From contig DAINSI010000001.1 of NCBI GenBank assembly GCA_036741395.1, positions 14,999 to 78,998 of the forward strand: a stretch of DNA of 64,000 bases. Reading direction: 5' to 3'. The notes beneath the pieces were generated by a model, which saw nothing but the letters and a program-made list of their open reading frames with translations, made no database searches and was not told the DNA's origin. Positions within the stretch are counted from its first letter, which is position 1; the number at the start of each line of letters is the position of its first letter. Shown in pieces: positions 33,745-41,451 of this stretch. The translations under genes were made by a program, and so were the position numbers. This stretch comes from Candidatus Dormiibacterota bacterium. Its GTDB lineage: Bacteria > Chloroflexota > Dormibacteria > DASZGP01.

Positions 33745-34321
33745 AGTTCGAGACCGGGTTGAAGACGGTCAGCGAGCTCAGCGGCCAGATCCTCACCCAC
33801 GCCTTGCCCAGGAAGGCGTCCTTGCGCTGGTAGCCCAGGAAGCGTGAGTCGGTGGAGTGATTGCGGTTATCGCCCATGACGAAGTACTGGCCGGAGGGGA
33901 CGGTGTCCTCGTTGCCCTGGTTCCAGGTGTCCGACCAGGTCCAGGGCTCGGGGAGGTAGGTCTCGTTGAGCTGATGGCCGTTGATGAAGATCTGCGCGTG
34001 GGCGATGCGCAGGTGATCCCCCGGCGCCGCGATGATGCGCTTGATGTAGTCGTGCTGGGCGTCGATGCTGGGTTTGAAGATGATGATGTCGCCCCGCTGC
34101 GGCTCGTGCAGCCGGTAGCTGATCTTGCTGGCGATCAGGAAGTCGTTGTTCTGCAGCGTGTTCTCCATGCTCGGTCCCATCACGTGGATGGTCTGCACGG
34201 CGAACGAGATGATCACGAACAGCGCCAGCGCGAGCAGGACAACCTCGATGAAATCCCGCAGCCACGACTTGGATTGCCTCTCGGCGGGCGGGAAGGTGGT
34301 CAGAGAGGGGTAGCTGGACAT
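33734..34321 (-). CDS. lepB: Signal peptidase I
   Basis: 195-aa ORF with a TM anchor, GPSMENTL (catalytic Ser box), YIKRIIAAPGD (Lys box) and GDNRNHSTDSR. Confidence 0.9.
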   Translation of the reverse strand: MSSYPSLTTFPPAERQSKSWLRDFIEVVLLALALFVIISFAVQTIHVMGPSMENTLQNNDFLIASKISYRLHEPQRGDIIIFKPSIDAQHDYIKRIIAAPGDHLRIAHAQIFINGHQLNETYLPEPWTWSDTWNQGNEDTVPSGQYFVMGDNRNHSTDSRFLGYQRKDAFLGKAWVRIWPLSSLTVFNPVSNFKN

Positions 34322-34408
34322 CTCTCAGGTCCGGGGCGGCGTGGCCCGGGCGTGCCCTGGTGAGCCGGCGAGGGCGCGGCTGGACCGCAATGGAGGCACC
34401 GGGCGATT

Positions 34409-34783
34409 CTACCCCGCCTGCTCCTCCCCACCTTCGATGCGATCGATGCTGATGCCGTAGTTGGCGCACATCGTGGCAAACCGCCCGGCGGCGTGGTCAT
34501 CGAGCTCGGCCAGGCGACCACCGATCAGGGGGGCCAGGTGCTGGCGCAGGTATTTACCGCGCGCCATCCACTGGTAGTAGCTGCGCCCCCCGTGGTGGTA
34601 AGGGCCGTAGAGGCGGCCACCCGGGAACGTCTTCTCCAGCCAGCGGAACATGCGCTCGTGGCGGGTGTGCATCCGCAGGGTGACCTCGGGCTGACGCCCG
34701 TCGCCGCCGAAGTGGCCCTCCCCGGCGAGGATTCCCAGCAGGAAGCCAACCTGGAACTCGCTGGGAGGCTGGTCGATCGCCAC
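34409..34783 (-). CDS. Free-standing single-motif LAGLIDADG-like protein (homing-endonuclease fold candidate)
   Basis: 124-aa ORF. VGFLLGILAGEGHFGG resembles a LAGLIDADG motif and is followed by a strand/helix pattern (EVTLRMHTRHERMFRWLEKTF...YYQWMARGKYLRQHLAPLI). It is not inside an intron or intein. Confidence 0.5.
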   Translation of the reverse strand: MAIDQPPSEFQVGFLLGILAGEGHFGGDGRQPEVTLRMHTRHERMFRWLEKTFPGGRLYGPYHHGGRSYYQWMARGKYLRQHLAPLIGGRLAELDDHAAGRFATMCANYGISIDRIEGGEEQAG

Positions 34784-34804
34784 CGGGTAATCGTGCCACG
34801 GCCG

Positions 34805-34817
34805 TGTTTCACCGTCA
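34805..34817. promoter_or_regulatory. Isolated parS-like half-site, TGTTTCACCGTCA
   Basis: Identical to the first 13 nt of the split-parS-like element at 34885. It lies 22 nt upstream of the LAGLIDADG-like gene start. Confidence 0.35.
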
Positions 34818-34882
34818 ACCGGTCGGGTGCCGGGAGAAGGGCCAGGAAGAACCGCCCCGCCGCCCGAGCCGCGTGGACAATT

Positions 34883-34913
34883 GTTGTTTCACCGTCATGT
34901 CGCACGTGAAACT
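34883..34913. repeat. Split parS-like element, copy A
   Basis: GTTGTTTCACCGTCATGTCGCACGTGAAAC(T) carries the parS half-sites TGTTTCAC and GTGAAAC(T), separated by the 13 bp CGTCATGTCGCAC. A 30-nt stretch is identical to the reverse complement of 38599-38628. It lies 37 nt downstream of the parB stop. Confidence 0.55.
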
Positions 34914-34949
34914 CTGATCTGCGGAGATCCATGCCGGTGGGCTTCCCCG

Positions 34950-35828
34950 CTAGGGCGTGGCGCGTTCTCCGAGCACCACCAGCCGATAGAGGGCGTCCAA
35001 TTCCTCGTCGGTGGCGAACTGGATCACCAGCCTGCCCCCCTTGCGCCCGCGGCTCAGGCTCACACGGACCTGGAGGGCATCTCGGAACTTGGATTCCAGC
35101 GCCCGCGTGTCCGGGTCCTGCTCGCGGCTTCGCTGCCGGCGCGGCGCCCGGGCATCTCCCGCGGCCAGCTCCCGGGAGAGCGCCTCGGCCTCGCGAACGC
35201 TCATCTCCTCCCGGAGGATGCGGCGCAACGCCTCCTCCTGGAGGTGCTCCGGCACGCCGGCGATCGCCCTCGCGTGGCCGGCGGTGATGGCGCCGCTGAG
35301 GAGGGCTCCCTGCACCGCGGATGCCAGGCCCAGCAGGCGCAGCACGTTGCTGACGTGCGTTCGGCTCTTGCCAACCTGCCGGGCGATCGCCTCGTGGCTG
35401 AGACCGTACTCATCGAGGAGGCGCCGGTAGGCCTCGGCCTCCTCCAGCGCGTTGAGATCGTGGCGCTGGATGTTCTCGATCAACGAGAGGGCCAGGGACT
35501 CCTGGGGCGCCGCCTCGTCGCGAAGCACCACGGGCACCTCGGCAAGACCTGCCGCACGTGCCGCCCGCAGGCGCCGCTCGCCGGCGATGAGGCGGTAGCC
35601 GGCGCCATGACGGGTCACGACCAGGGGTTGGAGCACCCCGTGCTCCCGCACCGAGGCCACCAGGCCCTCCATCTCGGCGTCGTTGAAGGCCTGCCGCGGC
35701 TGGTCGGGGTTGGCCTCGATCGAGTCCACCGGCAGGGTCGCGACCCCCGGCGCCCGCGCCGTCAGCTCGCCACCGGGGATGATCGCGCCCAGGCCCCGCC
35801 CCAGGCCACCATGTCGCTGGTTTGCCAT
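34950..35828 (-). CDS. parB: Chromosome partitioning protein ParB
   Basis: 292-aa ORF with GGLGRGLGAIIPG, GVLQPLVV, IAGERRLRAARAAG (ParB box/CTPase motif GERR) and an HTH region. Confidence 0.93.
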   Translation of the reverse strand: MANQRHGGLGRGLGAIIPGGELTARAPGVATLPVDSIEANPDQPRQAFNDAEMEGLVASVREHGVLQPLVVTRHGAGYRLIAGERRLRAARAAGLAEVPVVLRDEAAPQESLALSLIENIQRHDLNALEEAEAYRRLLDEYGLSHEAIARQVGKSRTHVSNVLRLLGLASAVQGALLSGAITAGHARAIAGVPEHLQEEALRRILREEMSVREAEALSRELAAGDARAPRRQRSREQDPDTRALESKFRDALQVRVSLSRGRKGGRLVIQFATDEELDALYRLVVLGERATP

Positions 35829-36667
35829 CAGGTGTCGATTTTATGGCCCGCGGCGGCCCGGGCCGCCGCCGCGGTCTCGCTGGAGAATTCGTTCTCCCCG
35901 CCGGGGGCCAGTCGGGACAGCACCTCGCGGGTGAGGGCCTCGTAAGCACGGCCGCCGCGGGAGCGGGGGTCGTACTGGGCGATGCTCTGACCGTAGCTGG
36001 GCGCCTCGCTGAGGCGGACGTTGCGGGGTATCACCGTCTCGAAGACCAGTTCGGGGTAGCCGCGCCGCACCTCGGTGACGACCTGGCTGCTGAGCGTGGT
36101 GCGGCCGTCGAACAGGGTCATGACGATTCCCAGCACCCGCAGCGCCGGGTTCGACGACCTGCGCACCAGGTCCAGCGTCTGGGTCAGGTGCCCCAGCCCC
36201 TCCAGCGCATAGAACTCGCATTGGAGGGGGATCAGCAGGTGGGTGGCCGCGACCAGCGCGTTGATCGTCAGCAGCCCCAGCGACGGGGCACAGTCGACGA
36301 GCACCAGGTCGTAGCCGTCGGTGACACCCTCGAGGGCGTACGCCAGGCGATTTTCGCGCCGGGCCACGTTGATCAGCTCGATCTCGGCGCCGGCGAGGGC
36401 CAGGTCCGAGGGCAGGATGTCGAGGCCGCTGACGCCGCTGGCGACGATCGCCTCGCCCGCCGGCTGCCCGTCGATGACGACGTCATACACGCTCGCGCGG
36501 TCGGGGTCGCGGCGCAGCCCGAGGCCGCTGCTGGCGTTCCCCTGCGGATCGAGGTCGACGAGCAGGACGCGCCTGCCTCGGCCGGCCGCAAAGGCCGCCA
36601 CGTTGACCGCGGTGGTGCTCTTGCCGACGCCGCCCTTCTGGTTGGCAACGGCCACGATCACGTCCAT
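35828..36667 (-). CDS. parA: Chromosome partitioning ATPase ParA/Soj
   Basis: 279-aa ORF with the deviant Walker A ANQKGGVGKSTTAVN and YDLVLVDCAPSLG. It overlaps the parB start by 1 nt. Confidence 0.93.
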   Translation of the reverse strand: MDVIVAVANQKGGVGKSTTAVNVAAFAAGRGRRVLLVDLDPQGNASSGLGLRRDPDRASVYDVVIDGQPAGEAIVASGVSGLDILPSDLALAGAEIELINVARRENRLAYALEGVTDGYDLVLVDCAPSLGLLTINALVAATHLLIPLQCEFYALEGLGHLTQTLDLVRRSSNPALRVLGIVMTLFDGRTTLSSQVVTEVRRGYPELVFETVIPRNVRLSEAPSYGQSIAQYDPRSRGGRAYEALTREVLSRLAPGGENEFSSETAAAARAAAGHKIDT

Positions 36668-37681
36668 CTAGTGATGGCCGACGACGAATGGGATCATCAG
36701 CAGGATCAGATCGTAGCCGGAGTGGGCGATGATGGCGCCGGTGGTGCCGGCGCGCCGGCGTAGCCAGCCCAGGGCCAGCCCGAGGATGAAGATCTCCAGG
36801 CTCGCCAGGCTGATCGCGTATTGGGTATGCAGCACCGCGAAGAGCAGCGCCGCGGGGACATTGCCCAGGCGGGGCATCAGGGCGCCGCGGAAGAGGATCT
36901 CCTCGCCAATCCCGGCCGCCAGCGCCAAAACGGCGGCCGCCAGCGGGGTGCTGACGTTGCTCAAGAGCTGCTGGCTGACCTCGTTGATGCTCTTGGACTG
37001 CTCGGGCGTGAGGCGGGTCATCAGCAGGTCGAAGGCCACCCCGAAGACGACCAGGACCACGGCGAAGCCTGCCGAGGTCAGGATCCAGCGCCACCCGGGC
37101 CAGTAGAGGCCGAGGCGCTGAAGCGTCTGCGCCGGGCTGCGGCGCACGAAGAGGCCGACCCCGACGATGGAGACGACCAGGAAGGGCAGCTGGTTGGTGC
37201 CGATCACGAAGAGCAGCGAGGGGGAGGTGCCGCTCTGCTTGATCGCCCGCAGCTGGTCGGTCGAGACCTGCAGGCTCAGGAAGAGCGTCACGACCAGGAG
37301 GTACATGCTCGCCGCGACGGCGTTGATCGACGACTCGGGCCGGAACTGGCGGAGGACGCGGCCGAGTCGTGCTCGCACCGCGGGAAAGAGGAGTGATGGC
37401 GCCACCACCGCCCCGGCGAGCTGCAGGACGTTCCCCGCGATCACCCGGCCGGCACCGAGGCCGGTCGAGGCCAGGACCTCGCCGGGCAGGGCCACTGCCG
37501 TGGCGATGTTGAGCAGGGCCAGGACGGCGACGATGAGGCAGAGCCCGACCTGCCCCGAAAACGCGACGATGCGCCAGGCGCCGCTGCGGTCGCCGAGGTT
37601 GGCGGCCACCAGCACGAAACAGAAGGTCAGCAGCCCCAGGCCGACCTCGATCAGCTGCCCCAGCTCCGAGCCCGAGATCAT
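36668..37681 (-). CDS. CPBP-family (CAAX/Abi) intramembrane glutamic endopeptidase
   Basis: Track ORF 36668-37810 was trimmed to the ATG at 37681 (MISGSELGQL...), because the upstream part is Pro/Arg-rich and overlaps the SPFH gene. The protein is polytopic, with motifs EEILFRG, FAVLH and AHSGYD. Confidence 0.8.
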   Translation of the reverse strand: MISGSELGQLIEVGLGLLTFCFVLVAANLGDRSGAWRIVAFSGQVGLCLIVAVLALLNIATAVALPGEVLASTGLGAGRVIAGNVLQLAGAVVAPSLLFPAVRARLGRVLRQFRPESSINAVAASMYLLVVTLFLSLQVSTDQLRAIKQSGTSPSLLFVIGTNQLPFLVVSIVGVGLFVRRSPAQTLQRLGLYWPGWRWILTSAGFAVVLVVFGVAFDLLMTRLTPEQSKSINEVSQQLLSNVSTPLAAAVLALAAGIGEEILFRGALMPRLGNVPAALLFAVLHTQYAISLASLEIFILGLALGWLRRRAGTTGAIIAHSGYDLILLMIPFVVGHH

Positions 37682-37700
37682 CGGGCTCACGGGTCGACGA

Positions 37701-38534
37701 TCAGGTCGGCGGGGGTTCGGGCTTGGGGTGGCTGGGGGCGCGGGCCGGCTCGGGGGCGCCCGCGCTCCCCGCCTCGCGGCTGGCACGCCGGCGCAACCCC
37801 AGGAGGGCATCGATGATGTCCACGGGGAGCGGGAAGATGATCGTGGTGTTCTTCTCGACGCCGATCTCGGTCAGGGTCTGGAGATACCGCAGCTGGAGCG
37901 CGGCGGGCTCGCGCCCGATGACCTCGGCGGCCTCCATCAGCTGCTGGGAGGCCTCGAACTCGCCCCGGGCGTGGATGATCTTGGCCCGCTTCTCGCGCTC
38001 GGACTCGGCCTCCTTGGCCATCGCCCGCTGCATCGTCTGGGGCAGCTCGACGTCCTTGACCTCGACGGTGGTGACCTTCACCCCCCATGGTTCGGTGTGC
38101 TCGTCGATGATCAGCTGGAGGCGGCGGTTGACCTCCTCGCGCCCCGCCAGCAACTCGTCCAGGGTCGACTCGCCCAGGACCGACCGCAGCGTGGTCTGGG
38201 CGATCTGGGATGTCGCGTTGACGTAGTTCAGGACCTGGGTCACCGCCTTGCCGGGGTCGACGATCTTGAAGTAGATGACCGCGATGACCTTGATCGTCAC
38301 GTTGTCCCGGGTGATGACCTCCTTGGGGGGAACCTCGAGGGTGACGGTGCGGAGGTCGATCTTGACCAGGCGGTCGACGCCGAGTGGGATGATCAGGACG
38401 AAGCCCGGGCCCTTGATCGGCATCAGCCGGCCCAGCCGGAAGACGACGCCGCGCTCGTACTCCTGCAGGATCCGCACGGACATGAAGAAGAGGACGGCGA
38501 CAACGACCAGGACAATCCCGAGAGCAAGGAACAC
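37701..38534 (-). CDS. SPFH/Band 7 (stomatin/slipin-like) protein
   Basis: 277-aa ORF with an N-terminal TM helix, a [11 protein letters not shown] start to the SPFH domain, and a coiled coil [19 protein letters not shown]. Confidence 0.9.
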   Translation of the reverse strand: MFLALGIVLVVVAVLFFMSVRILQEYERGVVFRLGRLMPIKGPGFVLIIPLGVDRLVKIDLRTVTLEVPPKEVITRDNVTIKVIAVIYFKIVDPGKAVTQVLNYVNATSQIAQTTLRSVLGESTLDELLAGREEVNRRLQLIIDEHTEPWGVKVTTVEVKDVELPQTMQRAMAKEAESEREKRAKIIHARGEFEASQQLMEAAEVIGREPAALQLRYLQTLTEIGVEKNTTIIFPLPVDIIDALLGLRRRASREAGSAGAPEPARAPSHPKPEPPPT

Positions 38535-38597
38535 AGCAGCCTCCTGAGCCAGGTAATTGTCACTCCTGGAGACAATCGAGTGCGCGGCGCCGTTTCT

Positions 38598-38628
38598 GTT
38601 TCACGTGCGACATGACGGTGAAACAACC
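38598..38628. repeat. Split parS-like element, copy B
   Basis: TGTTTCACGTGCGACATGACGGTGAAACAAC. The first 11 nt equal the canonical parS TGTTTCACGTG, and both half-sites (TGTTTCAC and GTGAAACA) are intact, 13 bp apart. It lies in the NfeD-SPFH spacer. Confidence 0.55.
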
Positions 38629-38659
38629 CACCTGCACACCGGCGAGCTACGTCCGCCAG

Positions 38660-40012
38660 TCAGGCCGGCTCAACTTCCAGTCGAAGACCGTCGATTGAGC
38701 TGACCCTGACGCGCGATCCGCGCGCGATCGCGACGGCCGTGCTCGCCTGCCATAGGGCGCCATCGACCATCACCAGTCCTCCCTCCGGCCCGAGGTCCTC
38801 CTTGGCCTCGCCCTCGATCCCCACCATCGACGCCGGGCCCAGGCGGAGCGGCCGGCTGCGGGCGATCACCGCGCGGGAGATCAGGAACGCCAGGATCAGG
38901 CCGACCGCGATCGGCGGGAGCACCGCCAGCCAGAGGTTGGGTTCGAGGAAGGGCGCGCCGGCATCGAGGATCAGGAAGGAGCCCAGCGCCAGCGAGAGCA
39001 CGCCGCCGCCCGTCAGAACCCCGTGGCTGGGCGAGTGGACGTCGACCGCGAAGAGGACCAGCGCAAAGGCCACCAGGGCGACCCCCGCGAGGCTGACCGG
39101 CAGGCTCTCGAAGGCCACCAGCGCCAGCGCCCCGGCGATCACCCCGACCACACCGGGCAGGATCGCCCCCGGGTGGGTGATCTCAAACCCTATCGCCAGG
39201 ATCGCCAGCAGGAAGAACAGATACGCCACCTGGGGGTCGGCGAGCGCGTGCAGCAGGCTCTGGGTGTAGCCCATCTGCTGCTGGTCGACGAGCGCGCCGC
39301 CCGAGTGAATGGTGATGGTGGTGCCGTTCTTGCTCAACTGCTGGCCCTCCACGTCCCGCAGCAGCGCCGGCAGGTCCGGCGCGAGGCGGTCGGCGACGTG
39401 CAGCTCGACCGCTTTCTCGGCGGTGACATTGGCGCTGTTCTTGACCGCGTCGGTGGCCCAGTCGGGGTTGCGGTGGTGGAGGTTGGCCAGGCCCTGGATG
39501 TAGGCGACGGAGTCATTGAGCACCTTCTGGTCCTCGACGTTGGACCCGCTCCCCCCGGCCGACCCGCCGGCGCCGATGAACACCGGGTGCGCGGAGCCGA
39601 TGTTGGTCCCAGGCGCCATCGCCACGATGTCCGCGGCCTGGCTGATGTAGAGCCCCGCACTGGCCGCGCGGGCCCCCGACGGCCCCACGTAGACCGCCAC
39701 CGGGATCGGACTGGCGAGCATCGCCCGGATGATCTTGCGCATCGACGAGTCGACCCCGCCGGGGGTGTCCATGCCGATCACCACGAGGTCGGCGCCGCTG
39801 GACCTGGCGGTGTCGAGGCCATTGACGATGTAGTCGGCGGTGAAGACGTTGATCACACCGTCGATGCGCAGCATGGTGACCTTCGGCTGGGCGGCCCGAG
39901 CGCCGCTGGACAGGAGCAGCAGGAGGGCGGCAGCGCAGAGCAGGACGGCGCCCGCGCCAGGGGCCGAGAAGCGCCCGCGTGCCCGGGCCGCCGACATGGC
40001 CATAAGTGGCAT
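38660..40012 (-). CDS. NfeD-family membrane-bound ClpP-class serine protease
   Basis: 450-aa ORF with a signal/TM segment, a ClpP-like domain (IDGVINVFTADYI, GARAASAGLYISQAADIVAMAPGTNIGSAHP), a multi-TM region and a C-terminal OB-like NfeD domain. It lies upstream of the SPFH gene, the classic pairing. Confidence 0.85.
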   Translation of the reverse strand: MPLMAMSAARARGRFSAPGAGAVLLCAAALLLLLSSGARAAQPKVTMLRIDGVINVFTADYIVNGLDTARSSGADLVVIGMDTPGGVDSSMRKIIRAMLASPIPVAVYVGPSGARAASAGLYISQAADIVAMAPGTNIGSAHPVFIGAGGSAGGSGSNVEDQKVLNDSVAYIQGLANLHHRNPDWATDAVKNSANVTAEKAVELHVADRLAPDLPALLRDVEGQQLSKNGTTITIHSGGALVDQQQMGYTQSLLHALADPQVAYLFFLLAILAIGFEITHPGAILPGVVGVIAGALALVAFESLPVSLAGVALVAFALVLFAVDVHSPSHGVLTGGGVLSLALGSFLILDAGAPFLEPNLWLAVLPPIAVGLILAFLISRAVIARSRPLRLGPASMVGIEGEAKEDLGPEGGLVMVDGALWQASTAVAIARGSRVRVSSIDGLRLEVEPA

Positions 40013-40056
40013 GTTACGCGGCCGGGAGGGCGCAGCCCGTACCTATCATTCAAGAC

Positions 40057-40707
40057 GTGTCGCAGGAACGTGCCCATCAGGAGCGGGAACGGCAGCTCGA
40101 GGCTGAGCTACGCGGCCAGGCCGACGCCTACAAGCGACTCAGCCCTGACGAGGAACGTGAGCTCCTCGGTCGGCGCCCCGACGCCGGGACCACAGCGACG
40201 CTGGTGGAGCACAACCTCGACCTCGTCGTCATCCAGGCGGAGTCCCACCGCGGACGCGGCCTGCCCTTCTCGGACCTCTACCAGGAGGGCACGGTGGGAC
40301 TCGTCGATGCCATCGGCGCGTACACCGGCCGGGGCGATTTCCGCGACTTCGCCAGCCTCCACATCGGCCTCCAGATTGACTCCCTGATCCAGGCTGAGGC
40401 AGAGGACCGCAAGGAGGCCGAGGTCGACATTCTCGACCTCAAGACCCTGGAAACGGCCCAGGTCATGTTCCGGCGGGGCAACCGCCGCGAGGCCACGCCG
40501 GAGGAGATGCTGAAGCTGCTGGGCTGGGAGGAGACGCGCCTCGAGCGCATCGAACGGATGCTGGACCTGGCCCGCGAGCACAACGACGCCGCCACCATCA
40601 GCTTCCTCGACGACTCGGACGCCGAGGACCTGGGAATCGACTTCGTCGAGGCGGACGAGGCGCCGGACCCCCGACGCCGCCCCACCGGCGCCGGCCCCGA
40701 TGACTGA
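40057..40707 (+). CDS. Sigma-70-like protein with regions 1.2-3.2 only (no region 4)
   Basis: The track ORF starts at 40006, overlapping the divergent NfeD start, so the GTG at 40057 is preferred (TATCAT at 40044-40049). LVEHNLDLVVIQAESHRGRGLPFSDLYQEGTVGLVDAIGAY matches region 2.1-2.2. ATPEEMLKLLGWEETRLERIERM and DAEDLGIDFVEADEAPD match region 3.0-3.2. The ORF stops where region 4 should begin. Confidence 0.6.
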   Translation: MSQERAHQERERQLEAELRGQADAYKRLSPDEERELLGRRPDAGTTATLVEHNLDLVVIQAESHRGRGLPFSDLYQEGTVGLVDAIGAYTGRGDFRDFASLHIGLQIDSLIQAEAEDRKEAEVDILDLKTLETAQVMFRRGNRREATPEEMLKLLGWEETRLERIERMLDLAREHNDAATISFLDDSDAEDLGIDFVEADEAPDPRRRPTGAGPDD

Positions 40708-40731
40708 CTGAGGCGGTTCGGCCTCCTTCGC

Positions 40732-41451
40732 ATGAACCTCGAAGATCTCCTCGCCACCAGGCCGCTGTTCCACGTCCACGAGAACCAGCCGCATTCGTGG
40801 CAGCTCTCCACCGACGTGCTCAAATTCATCGACGCCGAGGTATTGCCGGGGCTGCGTACGATCGAGACGGGCGAGGGGTACAGCACAGTCCTGTTCGCGC
40901 TGAAGCGGTGCCACCACACCTGCGTCACGATCAACGCGCCGGGGGTGGAGCGGATCCGGGAGTTCTGCGCTGAGCACGCGATATCCCTGGACACCGTGAC
41001 CTTCGATACCCGCCCTTCGCAGGTGGCCCTGCCTGGCCGGGAGATGGGCACCCTGGACGTCGTCCTGATCGACGGCGGTCATGGATTCCCGACGCCGATG
41101 GTCGACTGGTTCTACATGGTTCCTGCACTGCGGGTCGGGGGGATCGTCGTCGTCGACGACACTCAGATCTGGACCGGCAAGGTGCTCCGGGACTTCATGG
41201 CGGCGGACTCCGCCTGGGGGCTGGTATTCGAGCATCCCGGTCGGACGGCGGTGTTCCGCAAGCTCGCCATCGTCGACGTCGCAGCCGAGTTCTATGCCCA
41301 ACCGTACGTGATGCAGCACACCAGGCAGAATGACCGCTGGCGCCGGCGTGCCCGGGTGACCGGCCAGCTGATCCGGGCCGGTCATTGGGACGCACTGGCG
41401 GGCAAGGCAATTGGTTATGGCGCGCGCGCGGTGCGCCGGCTTGTTGGCTGA
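40732..41451 (+). CDS. Class I SAM-dependent methyltransferase (Methyltransf_24-like)
   Basis: 239-aa ORF with IETGEGYSTVLFAL and VVLIDGGHGFPTPMVDWFY. Confidence 0.65.
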   Translation: MNLEDLLATRPLFHVHENQPHSWQLSTDVLKFIDAEVLPGLRTIETGEGYSTVLFALKRCHHTCVTINAPGVERIREFCAEHAISLDTVTFDTRPSQVALPGREMGTLDVVLIDGGHGFPTPMVDWFYMVPALRVGGIVVVDDTQIWTGKVLRDFMAADSAWGLVFEHPGRTAVFRKLAIVDVAAEFYAQPYVMQHTRQNDRWRRRARVTGQLIRAGHWDALAGKAIGYGARAVRRLVG

